From the NCBI GenBank assembly GCA_030141605.1, contig JAQGDQ010000025.1:230907-294906 (forward strand): a DNA stretch of 64,000 bases, in the 5' to 3' direction. Source of the DNA: Tubiluchus corallicola. Lineage: Eukaryota > Animalia > Priapulida. The translations under genes and the position numbers were made by a program. Within the stretch, counting starts at the first letter, position 1; each line of letters starts with the position of its first letter. Below the pieces are notes generated by a model. That model was not told the DNA's origin, did not search any database, and saw nothing but the letters and a program-made list of their open reading frames with translations. Positions 38,901-53,023 of the stretch are shown here, in pieces.

Positions 38901-41900
38901 AAGTTTTATCGGCTGTTAGCAGTTTCCTTGTTTCTAAGGCTAGGATTAGTAGAAAATAAAATCCATGGTAATTCAAATTATTCAACTAAATAATTGCCAT
39001 GATGCCATCAATGCACAATGCTTTCTAGCTTAGAAGAAGTTATTGTTAAGTTTATTAACACAAACTTATGTAATTTATTATCATGAAACCAGTGATGCGA
39101 GTATCACTAGTTTTAGCCTGTCTTCTACAATATGTAAGCATCATTGCAAGAACTTGCCTAGTGTTTGATTAACTATTAAAGTGGCTGTTAATATGCTTAA
39201 TTTAAATTTTTAGATCTTAAATCTTAGATCTTATCTGCAGATACAAAACTAGTAAATCCTGTTTTCAAATTTTTTAGTGCCAGTTGATCCCCAAACAAGA
39301 ATTTTCATCAAAAATATCACGACGGGTGATTTGAAGAACATGCCGTTGATTCAAGTGCTTCATCAAGCTGAACGCTTCTCTATCTGCCTATCAAAACATC
39401 CAGTCGATCTTGCCGTGCCTAAGAAACCGCGGAAAGGAAAAGCACGTGGGTAAGGCGTGAAAAACATTTAAGCTTTGATGTAGAAACTACAGTTTTTTTA
39501 AAGGCGATAAAGTGAAATGTCAGGATTTTAAGCTTTGTTGAATCGGTTCTAAACTTATATGCATATGCTTATATAGTAATAATCATCCGTGTTATTCTAA
39601 CAGCTGATCCTTTTTCAATACAGAAATGTTGACCTTATTTTCCGCACACCTGTACATGCCAAAGAAACAGCAGATCATATGCAAAAGTTTTTCAAACAAA
39701 CTGGGAGGTCGCTCGAGATAATTTATCCAGCATCGGAAGAAAACAAGCGTAAGTGAAATCATTTTTCTATCTGTCCACTTTTTAGTGTTCAGACAAGCTG
39801 TTTTGCATTTTATATAGAATTTAATTTTGAGCAAATGTACTAAATTAAATCTAGATATTCTAAATCTCTTTTGTACTAAATTAAATCTTACGGTAAATTA
39901 AATTGTATCAGTAGAATATATTAAGCTGTGCTTATGTGTATATTAATGTACTTAGGCCAATGAATTGACTTGACAGCTTGAGAGTTTTCTGCATTCCAGA
40001 AGGAAAAACAGTATTTTTTTGGAATTAATTTGAATTAAATAGGCATGTTTATTGAAGATCCAAAAATGACATGTTTAGTTTGCTTTGTAATAAACATTTT
40101 ACGTGAAGTTAATGCAGCTATTTGTTTGTTTTTAGTCGAATTCAATTTGCCGTGGAAGGTGAAGAAACAGACAGGTATTTCTAACAAAGTTTTACTTCTT
40201 TTTACTAAGTGTTGAGACTTGTGACAAAAGGTCTCATGCTTTTTGCAACTAGCTTTCACTAACTGAAAAACAATGGGATTACAGAGTTTCTAGCACCTAC
40301 AGTGGTCTTTCCACCTGAAACTCATCATTAAACTGAGGGACAAAATAGTGTGGACTTCGCACTTCCATTTCTGAGTTTGAGAAACGTAAATTTATATGTA
40401 TGATTATAAGCTTAAACATACAAAATTTATTTTCAGTTAATATAGCAGCTTAGATATCCTTAATATTGATTTAGTTATATTGGTGACTGGAAATAAAGTC
40501 ACAGCAAAAAAGTCACGGAGAAAAGTCACAATTTTGACAAAGAAAAGTCACAGGAAAAGGTCTGAATTAAGTTTAGCTATGGTTGGGGGTTAGAGTTGAT
40601 GTTATTTCTTTTTTCCTGTAACTTTTTTACCTGGATTTGTTGTATTAGATGTAGTGAAAGACCTAGCTGCGTTACTTTAGTGGCATCCTAACTTTGCATG
40701 AAAGCATAAACTAACGAACTTATCTTACAAACAGACATGATGCAAATCTTTCACTAAGACAAGTAGTTACATCTAGCAGCTATGTGGCTGTTTACATGAT
40801 GCCGGATAAATGTTGCTGAGGTTCGTCATTTTGCCACTCAAGTGCATTTAGTTGCACAAAATAGCTGTTCGCGACACCTTAGGTTAGCCCTTGGTCAGTG
40901 TAGGCAGGCAGATTCTGCAGAGCTCATGCTTACGGTGTCCAGCACTTGTTTCTGACAGGTCCCGTATATGGTACAGGTGACGCAAATTTTGTTTAGTAGC
41001 TTGCACTACAAACAGAATGCAGTTGTGTCATCTTAGAGGCTGTCGCTGATGATAACCGTATGCGTTGCTGTCACCAGCATATTTCTAATACTATTTGCAT
41101 GGAGTATCATTAGTATAACATAGTGCGCAGCTATCAGTGCCTTCAAATACTATATGGCATTTTTGTGTTTAGTGCTGTGTGAATAATCCTTAATGTTAAC
41201 ATTGGAAGCTCACCAAGGTTCGCACATTTGCCCAATAACTTGCCATGACCTTCGAATAGTAACAATCTCTTATGTTAAATGATGGTCAAATATGTCACTA
41301 CATCTGGAAAATTGAATGAAAAATGTTTGCCGTCATGCAGAAATGTAATTCTGTCATTTCTTGGCTATGACTACAGACTCTATAGGTTTGTACAGGTTTT
41401 CACACAATAGTTTATTTTGTACTGTACATCCTTTGAAGTTTGTGAGTACTAGCACCTAGCGTGCACACACTACAGTGGATAAACAAAATGTGTGTATGCA
41501 AAGTGCAAGCAACTCCTTATATGGTACTATGTTTTTTGGGGTAATTCTGCAATTATTGCTAGAGTAGGAGAAACAGCTGCATTGAAATCGAACATGTTAC
41601 ATAGACCTTCCTCCTTAAGGTCCTTATGGTGCTATAACTAAAAAATGGTACTTTCACTAAACCTGCTTACTAGTAATTACATCATTTGAAATTTTAGTGC
41701 TGTAAAGCGTGTAAGCAAGCATGTGATGTACTGAATGGACCATGAGGGTAACTCAATCAGTATCGTACTTGTTTTGCATAAGACAGGCTATACAGGTACG
41801 GTCTGAGAGCTGGGTTGTGCCAGAGACTTTAAATAGGATATCTGCTGCTTCTATGTCAAGTACATGGAATTCATAGGCAGGTTAATAATGGTCTCCCCAC

Positions 41901-44900
41901 CACCCCACACTGTTGTTGATGTTGCTTGACACAATCCTCTGTATTTGAAAATCGGTGAAGGGTGTGGTGGGTGTTAGGCAGTATTGTAAAAATCATTCTT
42001 GCCTAAGTCATTTGCAAGGGCTTGTTTTTGGTGAATTGCCTTTGCTAAACATGATGACAACCAGCTACTATTATATTCTAACAAACTGGATGATGGAACA
42101 GGTAGAATGTACCTTATTACAGACTTGGTATTAATTTAACTTAATTTAACCAAGTCTTGTACACCTGTTTTGTATGCTGCAGCATCACTGACACAACAGG
42201 TTGAGAAGCTGATTATCTCCAATTTGCCGAAGTCGGCAACACTCGACTACCTCAAGAAACAACTTCCCGAAGCAACCAGTATATACCGTCATCCCCAAGA
42301 TGAAACCTTGGATTGTAGTGGGTAAACCTGCCTCTTTTATATTTTGGATTATTTCTAGCACTCGTGACATCGCTGTGCTCGACTCGAAGTTTTTATGGCA
42401 CAGTTGTCACCAAGATTTTTTATGACACAAATGTGAGTTATCCAAAACTGGATACATAAAGTTATACATATATAGTAAAAGTGTCACTGCACTATAGTGT
42501 AGTGTGCACGGCTATGTGGCTTCACGAGTGCCCATGTCAAAATGGACGAAACTGCTTGCGGAGGTGGGTTTTAAATAACCCCTGTTAGAAGGTATTTTGT
42601 TGGATAAAAAGTACTTGTTAAAGTGGACAGGGAATTACTTTAGTAGTTTACTACTTCTTTTTATTTTTGTATTCTGTTTCTAATTAGTTATCAGAAAGCT
42701 TCAAAAAAGCATGGTAATTTTTTTCATATGCAGTATAACAATTCTTTCATTTTGTCTGCCATAATGTCTAAATTTTGTGGTCGTTTCTCGCTTTAGAATA
42801 GCAGTGTGTGTGGTGCCGAAGTCATTTGAGGCTACAGCACGACAGAAATACAGCAAGATTGTGATGCGGGAAGACGATGAAGACTATAAGCTGAAGGTGT
42901 TCTCTTTTCTTAGTTACAGTAAGTGCTTAAATGCTTCTAAGCTGTAGACTAGATCTTCATCTAATGTTGGCAGTTGGTGTAATTACCAGCACTGACACCT
43001 ATCCTCATTATTTTGCATTAGGATGTTTTCGGACATGGCAAACAGCTGTTAAACTGAAAAACTTATCAATAGCTTACACAGAGCGTGGACAGGAAGTGCC
43101 GGAAAACATAACACAAACTATGCTGAAGTACAAGGAGCAGTATGCCGTTCTTTCGAAGCAACTAAAGACTGAGATAAACAAATCCAGAGTATGTAATTGT
43201 TTCGTGGAATATAAATAGCTGTGCACTTTAGTTTCTGTGCCATGCAGCAGTTGTGAGATAATAACCAGTTTAGGTTATAAAGCTGAGATTTGAACCAAAT
43301 CTCCATACCTTATGCTACCGTATCAAATCTCACTCTTTGTTCATGAGATGCAAATTTTAGACATGTGTCACTTTTACTCTTGAAATTAATAAACTTCTTT
43401 AATTTTCTGAATTTTATCAGATGATGAAGCGGAATGGCCGCCAATGAATGACTGCCAGTTAATGGGAGCAAAGTTGTTTCACTTGTGTAGGAGTGTGAAT
43501 AGATTTGTGTGTGTATAATGCGTATAGGCTTTCCATTCTTTATATATTAACATCCATTTTCTGGAGGATGAAATTATAATGTTTGCAATTGTATGAAATG
43601 CGTAGTGGGCAAAAAACTGCTATTACTAGCATATTTTTATTCAGTTACTAGCATGCCAGGATATCTTTTAAAGAATTTACTTGTTGGGTACCTTGGACAC
43701 TTGATGTTTTTAACACCTTTTTTCTTAGTACATGATGAGACTTTCTATTAGGCATGTTCTGCATGTCCACAAGTAACAGCTCAGAATGGAAAATGCCTTG
43801 AACATGAAAGAGTACATAGAATAGTACATCAGAGAGCTCATAGAATTGCCATAGATTTATTCATAACCATAATTGGTAAAGTTGTTCTAAACATTTTTGT
43901 GCAATACAATTGCTTTCACATTTCCATGATATTTTTTCGCATTAGTACGTGTTATAGCAAAAATAGTACATGTGACAAAAGTTTGATTTTTTTTTAGGCT
44001 AAGAAATTTCCAAATCCAGCGAAATCTGCCAAGAAACGAAAGCATTCTGGCATGGGAAGTATAATACTACTTGTATAATTGTTACTCAAAATTTCTGAAG
44101 CTGTTTAATTTAATCTGCGTGAATTGAACATTTTCACTCATTTTTTTAGCCTGTTAAAGACAGGTTTTCTGCAGGTGCAGGCTACTCCTCTTCCCGTTGC
44201 TGATCATGCCAGGACTTGAAAAATACTAAAGTTTCAGCATTTTAAAACAGATTATGACGAAACTTTGTAAGATGACTCTAACACATGTTCTAGATCGACT
44301 GATGGAGCCAGATTTTCTAGTTGACAACATGTCCATGAATTTTTAGTAAATGGTGTTCCTTTTCTCATGTTAACTGACATAGATGTAGCGTTTACTCTAG
44401 TAGTTACGTTGAAGTAAATAAAATTTTACACTCCGCAGCAAGAATTAAATACCCCTTGCATGAAATTACTCTCAGAGGTGATTTACGTCTTAATTCATCA
44501 AAAAGTCTTCAAGGGAGGGCTTAGATTCATGCAAATCAAATACAAAAATCTATATTAACAGTAGTTTACAGGCAAATTTTTCATTCTCTCATTTGTCAAG
44601 GGACATGTAGCTCTTGCTGTCATATGTAAATTTCTCGTTTTGTCACGAGTGTGTTAATTTTCAGGTTGGACAGGCTACCAGTCTTGCTGCTAAACGACAA
44701 GCAACAGTTGCTAAGTCATCATTTCCCTTGGTAGGTCATGTCTAATTTTGAATTGCATTTTGCATTTCCATGAGATTTAGCCAGTTTTTGCTGCTATGCT
44801 TGAAATATGAAAGAGTTATTTTTTGGGATAGGTAGAAGAAAGGTTTGTATTTGTCATGAAATTAAATATATTTTATTAATACGGTTCATAGTTTTGTTGA

Positions 44901-47900
44901 AATAACAATACTATCCAAATGTTTGCTTATATTTGCTGTTATTGATATGTTAATGATCAAGCCTATACTTTTTAGCTCTATAAATTTTAATTCACGTTCA
45001 AGGAACCCCAAAAAGTAGTTCTGACCCAGGCTACAGCAAAACTGGCAGCTAAGGAAGGTGACTGTTTATCTTCTTTTGGATATTTCCCAGAGCTTCAATT
45101 CACCTTTATCTGTGTGTGAGCTCATTAGAGTTTTCTGAATCACTTAGTTTGTACAAATCATTGTCATCCATCTTGTTCATTGCTGAATGTTTTTTTTGAC
45201 ATTTGAACTAAATAAAAAATAATTATATATTACAGAAAAGAGGTGGTCTAAGGGGCAGAGGAAAGCCATGGGCATATCAAGAAGGAACAGAATACACAAG
45301 TGGACAGCTACGTGCTACAACAGAAACTATTGCTACTTCTAATAATAGTGGGGACATCGTGATTGACCGAGTGGGAGACAGAGGACGTGGGCGTGGGAAG
45401 ATACGGGGTCACGGTACTCGCAACCGACTAAATCGGGTACAAAACATTCATTTAACTTTATGATGCATTATAAATCTTTGTCAACCACGGAGCTTCTAGT
45501 TTTAAAAGCTGGATTCATTAAATTCTGCTCATGATTTTGTATTGATCTTGAGTGTATGCTTTGTCACTGACATATGTGGGTTGCTTTGTTGATAATGGGA
45601 CATGATAACAGAGGATACATTATTGCCTATTAGAAAATATATACTGCTGTAAACTTGTAATATTGTGCAAATTGAGTTGTCTCAGTGTTATCATTGCAAT
45701 AAATAGTTTCTTTTCTATGTTTAATAAAAAATGTATGAATGGAAGCAGTGATGCTCATCAAAATGCTTTCTTTATACAGTTAGTCCCATTTTGTTTTAAT
45801 GAACTACATGCCATTGTATGTTTACTGTTTTTACTGTGTTAGATATTTGACTAGCACTCCTGTAAATTTATCCTGTTTTTTCTTTCAGCGAAGAAGGCAA
45901 CGGATGAGGGAGCAGATGCAAAGTGGTAAGATTGCGGTCATTCTTACTTATTATTATTATTATTATTATTTATTTTGCACAGTTTATTTGGTGTAAGTAT
46001 TTGTCAAATAAATTAAGTAAAATTCTGGTGAAATCGTGCATTCTGCGTAGAGTGAAAGATTTAAACTAGGCCTTTAGAAAAAAATCATATCTGTGTTGTT
46101 CAAAAGCATAACTAAATTATTTTAACTTGTACAAGCTAAATGAATAATTTGTTTTGCTTAGTGAATCACCTCAAAATCTGCCTGACATGAATTGTATTAT
46201 TTGAGAGCCATGGCAAACACATGGGACAGTAATGAATTTTGACGTGAATTCTTGTGTTAATATGGAAAAAAAGAGCAGAAAAACTGTTTCTTAGTTTTAG
46301 CTCTGCATTTTAGTTTTGTTGAGTGAATGCTTGAATGTGCAGTAAAAAAATCTGTTGCAGCTAGGAGCTTTCATCCTAAGGCAGTAAACTACGTCTATCT
46401 CGAACAGGTCTCGTGGAACAGATTTTAACAAACATTGTGTAACTTTAAATCTGTAACTGGAATTATTGCATACTCGAACTGAATTCTCGGTACAGTATTA
46501 AGAATTTGATTGAAATTACCTCACTATCTCAAACAGTCTTCCTAGCTAGAAGTCCTACGTGAAAATGTGCACCACATTACGATTTCAACTGCTGGTTTCA
46601 ACAAAAATGCTAAGATTTCTTGTATTACTTTAGCGGAATGATGCACACAACATGGCTCAACAAACGTGGTTTAATGTAGATCACAATATTATTATTGCCG
46701 AATTCTATTAACCATGCTATCAGCTACAATAGAGATGGTCCAGTCATATTATTTTTGGTTATTCATAAAAGCGTTGTTTGATATTTGTTTAAAGGCTCAG
46801 TTTGTCATTTCTACAGGCTGTAGTGTTACTTGTGTATTGTCCAACGTTGATGTGTGACTCAATCTTGTTTTCTTACGAACATTATCTAACTCGGTCAAAT
46901 TTCTCAGTCCTGAGGTGTTTGAGTTATGCATACTTTACTGTAGTATTAAATTTTAAATGCTTTTTTTCCATTTTTTAGGTTTTTCAAATCCAAATCAACT
47001 GTCTCAACCAAGGTAAGCCAATTTAATATAATAGTTAAACATCAACAGTTTCACATTTTCGATGATTCGTGTGTCAAATCATCTCTTTAAAGAGTTATTC
47101 AAGCCAGAAAATGAAGTGGAGAGAGAAAAACAACTATTATTTTTTGTTGTTTTCACCTTTTTTTACAAATACCAATACTTTGAAAAAACTGCAACAAGCC
47201 TGTATTCATGCTAAAAGATTTGTGATTTTTGCAAGGTCTGTTCAAAGTGAGTGCTGTAGGTCTATATTGCGTCGGATATTGGGGAAGTCTGCATTTTCCC
47301 GAATTTAGATTTTCAAATTTTTTCCTATGTACATCTTGTATGTGTATAAAAAGTTTTCGTGGTACTTTTGGTGGGCCTTTGAGGGAGCATGGTCACCACC
47401 ATTATTAACACGTGGATACCATGTGGAACACGCATGCATCAGTGATGTTATTTGCTAGTCTTTTACCAGAGTTTTTATTATTAATTTTTCAAGTGTAATT
47501 GTTATGTGCTTGATTATCAGCACATCTTGTTTCACACGTGTTTTATTAGGAATGTTACCACATGTAATCAGTACACTAACAACTTGCTGAGGCAGCACTC
47601 TTAGCCACGTATCCATATTCTTACACATATCCATTAATTTGTCCAAGTTTAGGTACGTGCAAGTTGACGATCGCAGAATGAAGTTTGCATAAGCTTGTAA
47701 GATCTATGCAAGTGTCCTCGCGTCACAGTGGTGCTATCCGTTCTTTGTATTTAAACTTTAATAGTAACAGTAACATAGAATTGCTATCACATAGTAACAT
47801 AGTAATGTTGATGACAGTGCAATTTTAGTTTACTAGGTTTTAATGATGAAACTCTTGAAATGAAGGTATGATGATCATTTTACATATAATGCTTGATAAT

Positions 47901-50900
47901 TATTTAAACAAAAACATTACTTAACTATAGCCATTGTCATCTTAATTTACATGTTGTCAAAACATGTACACAATTTCTGCCTTGTATATTTTTTTAGATA
48001 TGGTGGAAGCTTTAATGCAGGTGATATGAGACAGGTAATATTTATCTATGATGACATTTGTATCTATATTTTCATGTGATTAGAGTTTCGGAGACACAGA
48101 AAAAGAACTAATAAACCACATGCACTGTACTGTAATAAACGATACATGTCTGTTGTTGCATAATAAAAACCGAGGCATTTATAAATCAGTGCCAGATATA
48201 ACTCCTTAAATTAATTCACAGTCATTCTCTTTTTGTCACTAGAAATGCGAATGTGTAGGGTTCACAAATGGCAATAACTCATTACTGGTGTATCTTAGCA
48301 TCTCATTTATCTATTTTAAGACGCAGTAGCGCATGATACAAGTATTGCTTTGGGTAATACAAATAAACTTAGCGTAAAAGAGGAGTACAGTCAAACCACA
48401 TTGTACTAAACCACCTGGGAGCCGAAAAAAGTTGGCATTATAGTAAGTTTGGCACTATTTAAATTTTCCCATAAACTAATCACATAAGTGCACACAAGTT
48501 AGAGTCCCCAATTTTCTCTCTAAAGTTTAATGAATTAAACAAAACTCTTAGGTTAGTCACTTAAAATCAATCACATCATTAAAAATTTATGGTTTGCGTA
48601 ATAAACATGTTATGTGATCAATTATATAATAGACTGTAGCACTACTGCTCCAATAAACAGGTATAATGGAAAAGTTTAGTTATAACTACAAATTTAAAAG
48701 TAACTTACTGGTGTGTTTTCTTGTCTGTCACCTGTATTGCTGCGTACGTGGCATTGACAATAATATTATCATGATTGTACGATGTACAGGGCAGCTTGCG
48801 AACAATCAAAACACAACATGCATTATTTTATACAGCAAGTGACATCTGGCCAGTTTGAGGACTCAACGGAGCACATAGCATCCTATTACAGTTGGTATTA
48901 TATTTAGAAACTGCTAACGCTAATTGAGACTGCTGGTGGCAATTCCTCATTCAACATCTTAATTTTTTTGGCGGATGGCGGGTAGTGGGGGCGGCGTGGC
49001 AGGTTAGTTTTGTATTAAAATACAGCTGTTTCGTGCCTAGCCATTTTGCATGTGGTACAACGGAGGGCAGTATAACGAGGTTTGACTGTACTGCCCAAGT
49101 ATAGCAAATTATGGCACTAACTTTAGAATGGTAAAGGTTGTTTTTTGCAGTATCCATACGGTCTGCCTGCAGTGCCCGGAAATCAAACGGACGTTCTCTC
49201 GAACATTTCGTCAATGCTCAGGTTAGTAAAAGTAGATTATATGTAAACATACAGCAGGAACTGTAAAAAGTGGATCATATTAAGTCTTTTAAAGCACTAC
49301 TCAACTATTTATTTCATTTTGTTTTTGTTGCTGTAAAATGTTGATGCTATTTTTACTAGGAAAAATGGTATTCAATGACAGCATTTACCAAGTATGGCAA
49401 ACTCTATTTGTAATAGCCTAATTGGGAGAAAGAATTCCGTGCGTTTTAACAACGCTAAACATTTTTCACTTAATGACACAGCATTTCATTTTGACGATAA
49501 TTTTTTTACTTTGCTCAAAGCCGATTTTTATTTCGTCAACAAGTTTTTCACCTAATTTGATGCATTAAAACAGTACATATTGCATTATACTAAAAATGCA
49601 CTAGTAACGTGAACAGTGCAGTTATTATACAAGTTTACGTTTTTGTTTCTCGACTGACCACTAAATGCTAGCCGTTTGCATCAAGCAAGACCGGGGAGTA
49701 AACGTTATGCAAAGGAATTTTGCCTGCAACCTGTTGCTATAGCAACCAGACTAAGTATCTAGATAAACTCCCAAGGGTGCTCCAGGGTTTGGCTTTAACT
49801 CTGGTGCAGTGTTTATTGTTTAACACATAGACTTAAATGTCAACGAAAGAGATACAGCTAGCTAGGTAAGTAGTTTCAAGCAAGCCCAAAAGAAATTTAT
49901 CAGTAAAACTCGTAAAATATTTTATTTATATGACTTAAGCAGCATTGATTTTTGTCTCGGAAACGTATCTCAATTCTTTTACATTACTTTCTTTTGAAGT
50001 CTTGGCTTCTATGGAAGTTTTGGTTAACGTCGTGTTTTGGTGAATGCATTAGCATCAATAAGCGAAGACTTACTGTACACATCAAATCTTACTAGAAAAA
50101 TAACTAATAAACCTTATGAAAGTACACTATACCTTATTAAGCACAACATACACACATCTGTACTGTAATAAACAGTACACGGGATGGTGAATGAATAATA
50201 ATGCACCCAGTTAGTTTATAATATATGTCACTCTGACTGCCGTATGTGATGCTCACTTCATTCATGGTCTGGATACATGCCATCATTGATAGGTCTGTTT
50301 TAACCAAAATGAGTCTGGTAGTAAAAATGGTCCATTATATCGGAAATCTGGTTCATTAGAATAAATATTTACCATTGCGGAGGTTTACCCTACGTGCAAA
50401 ATTCATTTACGTTTACAAGTTGTATTTTCCACTATTCTTTTGTAGCTTTCACGTGTGCTATAGATCTTTTTTTCTTGCATATGCAGTGATTTTACCCAGC
50501 AGTTCAAGCAGATTCAACCACACCTGCAAAATCCCGAACATTCTTCTGTTTCGCCTCATCGCAGCGACAACCAATCTTCAGACAGACGGCATCGTGAGCG
50601 AGATACAGGTGTAAGTCAAAGTGAAACTTTCTATGACGTGTTTCCAACTAACAACTTTACCAGTGACCCTTTCAAGGAAACTAATGACTTCATGGGTCAA
50701 CCTGGGCAGTCTGAATTCTTTGTTGGTGGTGGGTATACTGGACCCGACAATAGAGTTCTAGAGCAGAGATATGGACCTACGGAGATGGGTCAGGTAACTG
50801 GTTATCCAAATATGTCATCGGTTGGAAACTTTGCAAATTATGGTGGAAATGAAACTTTCTATGGTGCATCTCAAACTAATCAGTTTCTGGGTGGAGGTTA

Positions 50901-51090
50901 TGGTGACGACCATTCGTGGAATCAGTCTGAACCATTTGAATCTAACCCTGGAGGTGGCGGGCACATTGTGACAGGCGGAAGGGCAGGATCTCGCAGAAAG
51001 AAATTTGGCTATTTCTCTGAAAGAAATTTTAGAAGAAAACAAAGACAACGTGGAAAGAAAGATTATAGAAGACGATCTCCATATCCATAA
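35640..51090 (+). CDS. SAP-domain / acidic / 2x atypical RRM / RG- and GYQN-rich tail protein, paralogue B (~17 coding exons, ~900 aa)
   Basis: Exons 35640-35766 (SAP: DWNRYSVVVLKEELKFRGLSMAGKKTELVQRL), 37318-37439, 37940-38537 (acidic), 39278-39449, 39624-39748, 40136-40174 (EFNLPWKVKK), 42183-42321 (KLIISNLPKSATLDYLKKQLPEA), 42797-42918, 43022-43188, 43998-~44072 (donor uncertain), 44665-44730, 45236-45436 (RGRGRG), 45889-45925, 46979-47012, 47998-48034, 49360-49391, 50487-51090. Intron phases 1-9 match paralogue A. AATAAA at 51368. Confidence 0.82.
35862..35990. repeat. (TTA)n microsatellite
   Basis: Long ATT/TTA run in intron 1 of paralogue B; the source of the poly-I/poly-L ORFs. Confidence 0.95.
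48388..49088. mobile_element. pogo/Tigger-like (Tc1/mariner superfamily) MITE
   Basis: TA|CAGTCAAACC ... GGTTTGACTG|TA: terminal inverted repeats with a TA target duplication; no transposase ORF. Confidence 0.7.
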
Positions 51091-53023
51091 CAGATATAAA
51101 TGCTTTCAGTTTCATTTTTCCCTACCTAGTCGCTACAGTCCTGAAAATTCACATTGTATTTTTGTGTCAATGTATTCACATTGCAGCATTATTATTTAAG
51201 TGTCACCGACCTATAGGAGCCTTGAACGGTGGCTTATTCGAGCATAGGTAATTTTGTAACAAATGGGCAGTCGAACTTTCAGAAAATGTGTCTGATTTTA
51301 TTGTTATTACTATGTATTTTCTTTGCATCTAAAATTGATAGATCACACGCGCAGATAGCTGTAATATAATAAAAAGTTACCGTGTATAACTTTGTTTTTT
51401 CCCTTAAATATTTTGGAATTCATATTTTCATTTTTTTAATGTAATTCTGTTAACATGTTTGTGGTATGTTGCATTTTTGGGAAATGGTGAAAAACTTGAC
51501 AAAAATTTTGGTCTTTCTTGATAATGTGTTAATTTTACACTTTATGCTTTCCAATGAATATTCTAGTAGTATCTGTGTTGAGACACCTGGTCATTGTATT
51601 TTGAACCTAATTTGTTTATTCAGCAAAAACGTCGGAAAGTTGGCAATTGGGGTTATCTAGTTATTCACATATCCTGAATCTCTATTTCATGAGGATCATT
51701 TTGATATGAAGCCCATCGTTCCATGTTATTTTTAAGCTGAAAAAATTTAAGGTTTCCGCTGTATGCTGGAAAACGTAATTTTGAGAAAATCGCTGTTAAA
51801 CTTGGCCACTGTTTTTTTTTTGTGACTTAGCAACCACATGAAAGAGTGATTGCTATGGAGCCAGAACAGCATATGTGTTTGATAACAGAAAGAACATCAA
51901 GCAAAACCGTTGGTTCATCAAACTACTCAAAATACAAGTTTTTCACAATTGAGATACTAATTCTTAGGGACAGAAGTAGGCAAGGGGTTGTAAAAATTGA
52001 ATTTTTGAATTCCCAAAAAACATTTTGCAGGCGATTTGTTGCCAGAATATGAAAGTCCAGTACATTTAGCATTGTTTTTGTAAAAAATGCAAATGTGATA
52101 TTCAACCCAGTTTTTGATGCCTTCTACTTTGAAACATTATAGCGTAGTTTTAACTGTGCCGCCTTGTGGGCGGTTTTGGTTTGCAAGTACACATTTTATG
52201 ATCAAATTTCCACTATTCTGCCAGCAAAAGGAACTATTGCTTTACAAACTTATTAATCCAACTAGTTTGGCAAACCTTGGGAATTTGCTGTTTATTTTTT
52301 GTACAAGACTTGCAGTAAGTTAATGGCAGTTTCTCTTTCTTTACATTTTACAGTGCAACTCTAGGCGGCGTATTAGGCCTAGGCCTAGATCTAGATCCAG
52401 GCATCGACGATGAGTTTTTTATGTGGCTGCTGTCGAAGCACAACTATCATGTGATTGTTGGCCAAGTATTCGGGGTTAGCTTCTGATATTTGACATGTTC
52501 TTTAATTGCTAATCATTCGCACAGTCATGTTTGTTGTTAAGTTTCTGCCATTTGGTGTATGAGGATGTTATGTAGTATAGGTAGGAGTTTTCCTACCGTT
52601 TCTTGTTGTTTTCTGAAACTTGCTTCTAGGATAAATTAAATAACCAAGACAGTATCAATTAAAAAGTTTTACTGTGATGTGCATTTTTGCTGATCTGTGG
52701 AAATGCAGTTATGTTGTACAGATGCTGAAGTACAAAATAAATTTGTTGTACAATTTTGTACTAAGTAGACTTTAAGAATGTTTTTAAAAATTGGAACAGT
52801 TTCCTATTACTGTCAAAATAAAAACACCGATAATACATGTGAACGAACGTACATGTGAACCAACTCTTTTACATAAGAGCTGTATCACATAATTACCTAA
52901 AAATTAGAAAGTAATAAAACATCTCACGACTGCTGAATAACGTAAACGTAAATAAGGTATAAGATAAACAAACTTATCATTGAGGTACTAAAGAGTTTTG
53001 ACTAGTATGAATGTAGTATTTGA

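Noticed and set aside
40175-42182. Intronic C/D or H/ACA snoRNAs
   Set aside because: Isolated TGATGA/CTGA words lack suitable spacing and terminal stems.
52373-52398. TAGGCCTAGGCCTAGATCTAGATC palindromic run as a regulatory site
   Set aside because: A short self-complementary simple repeat with no other supporting context.
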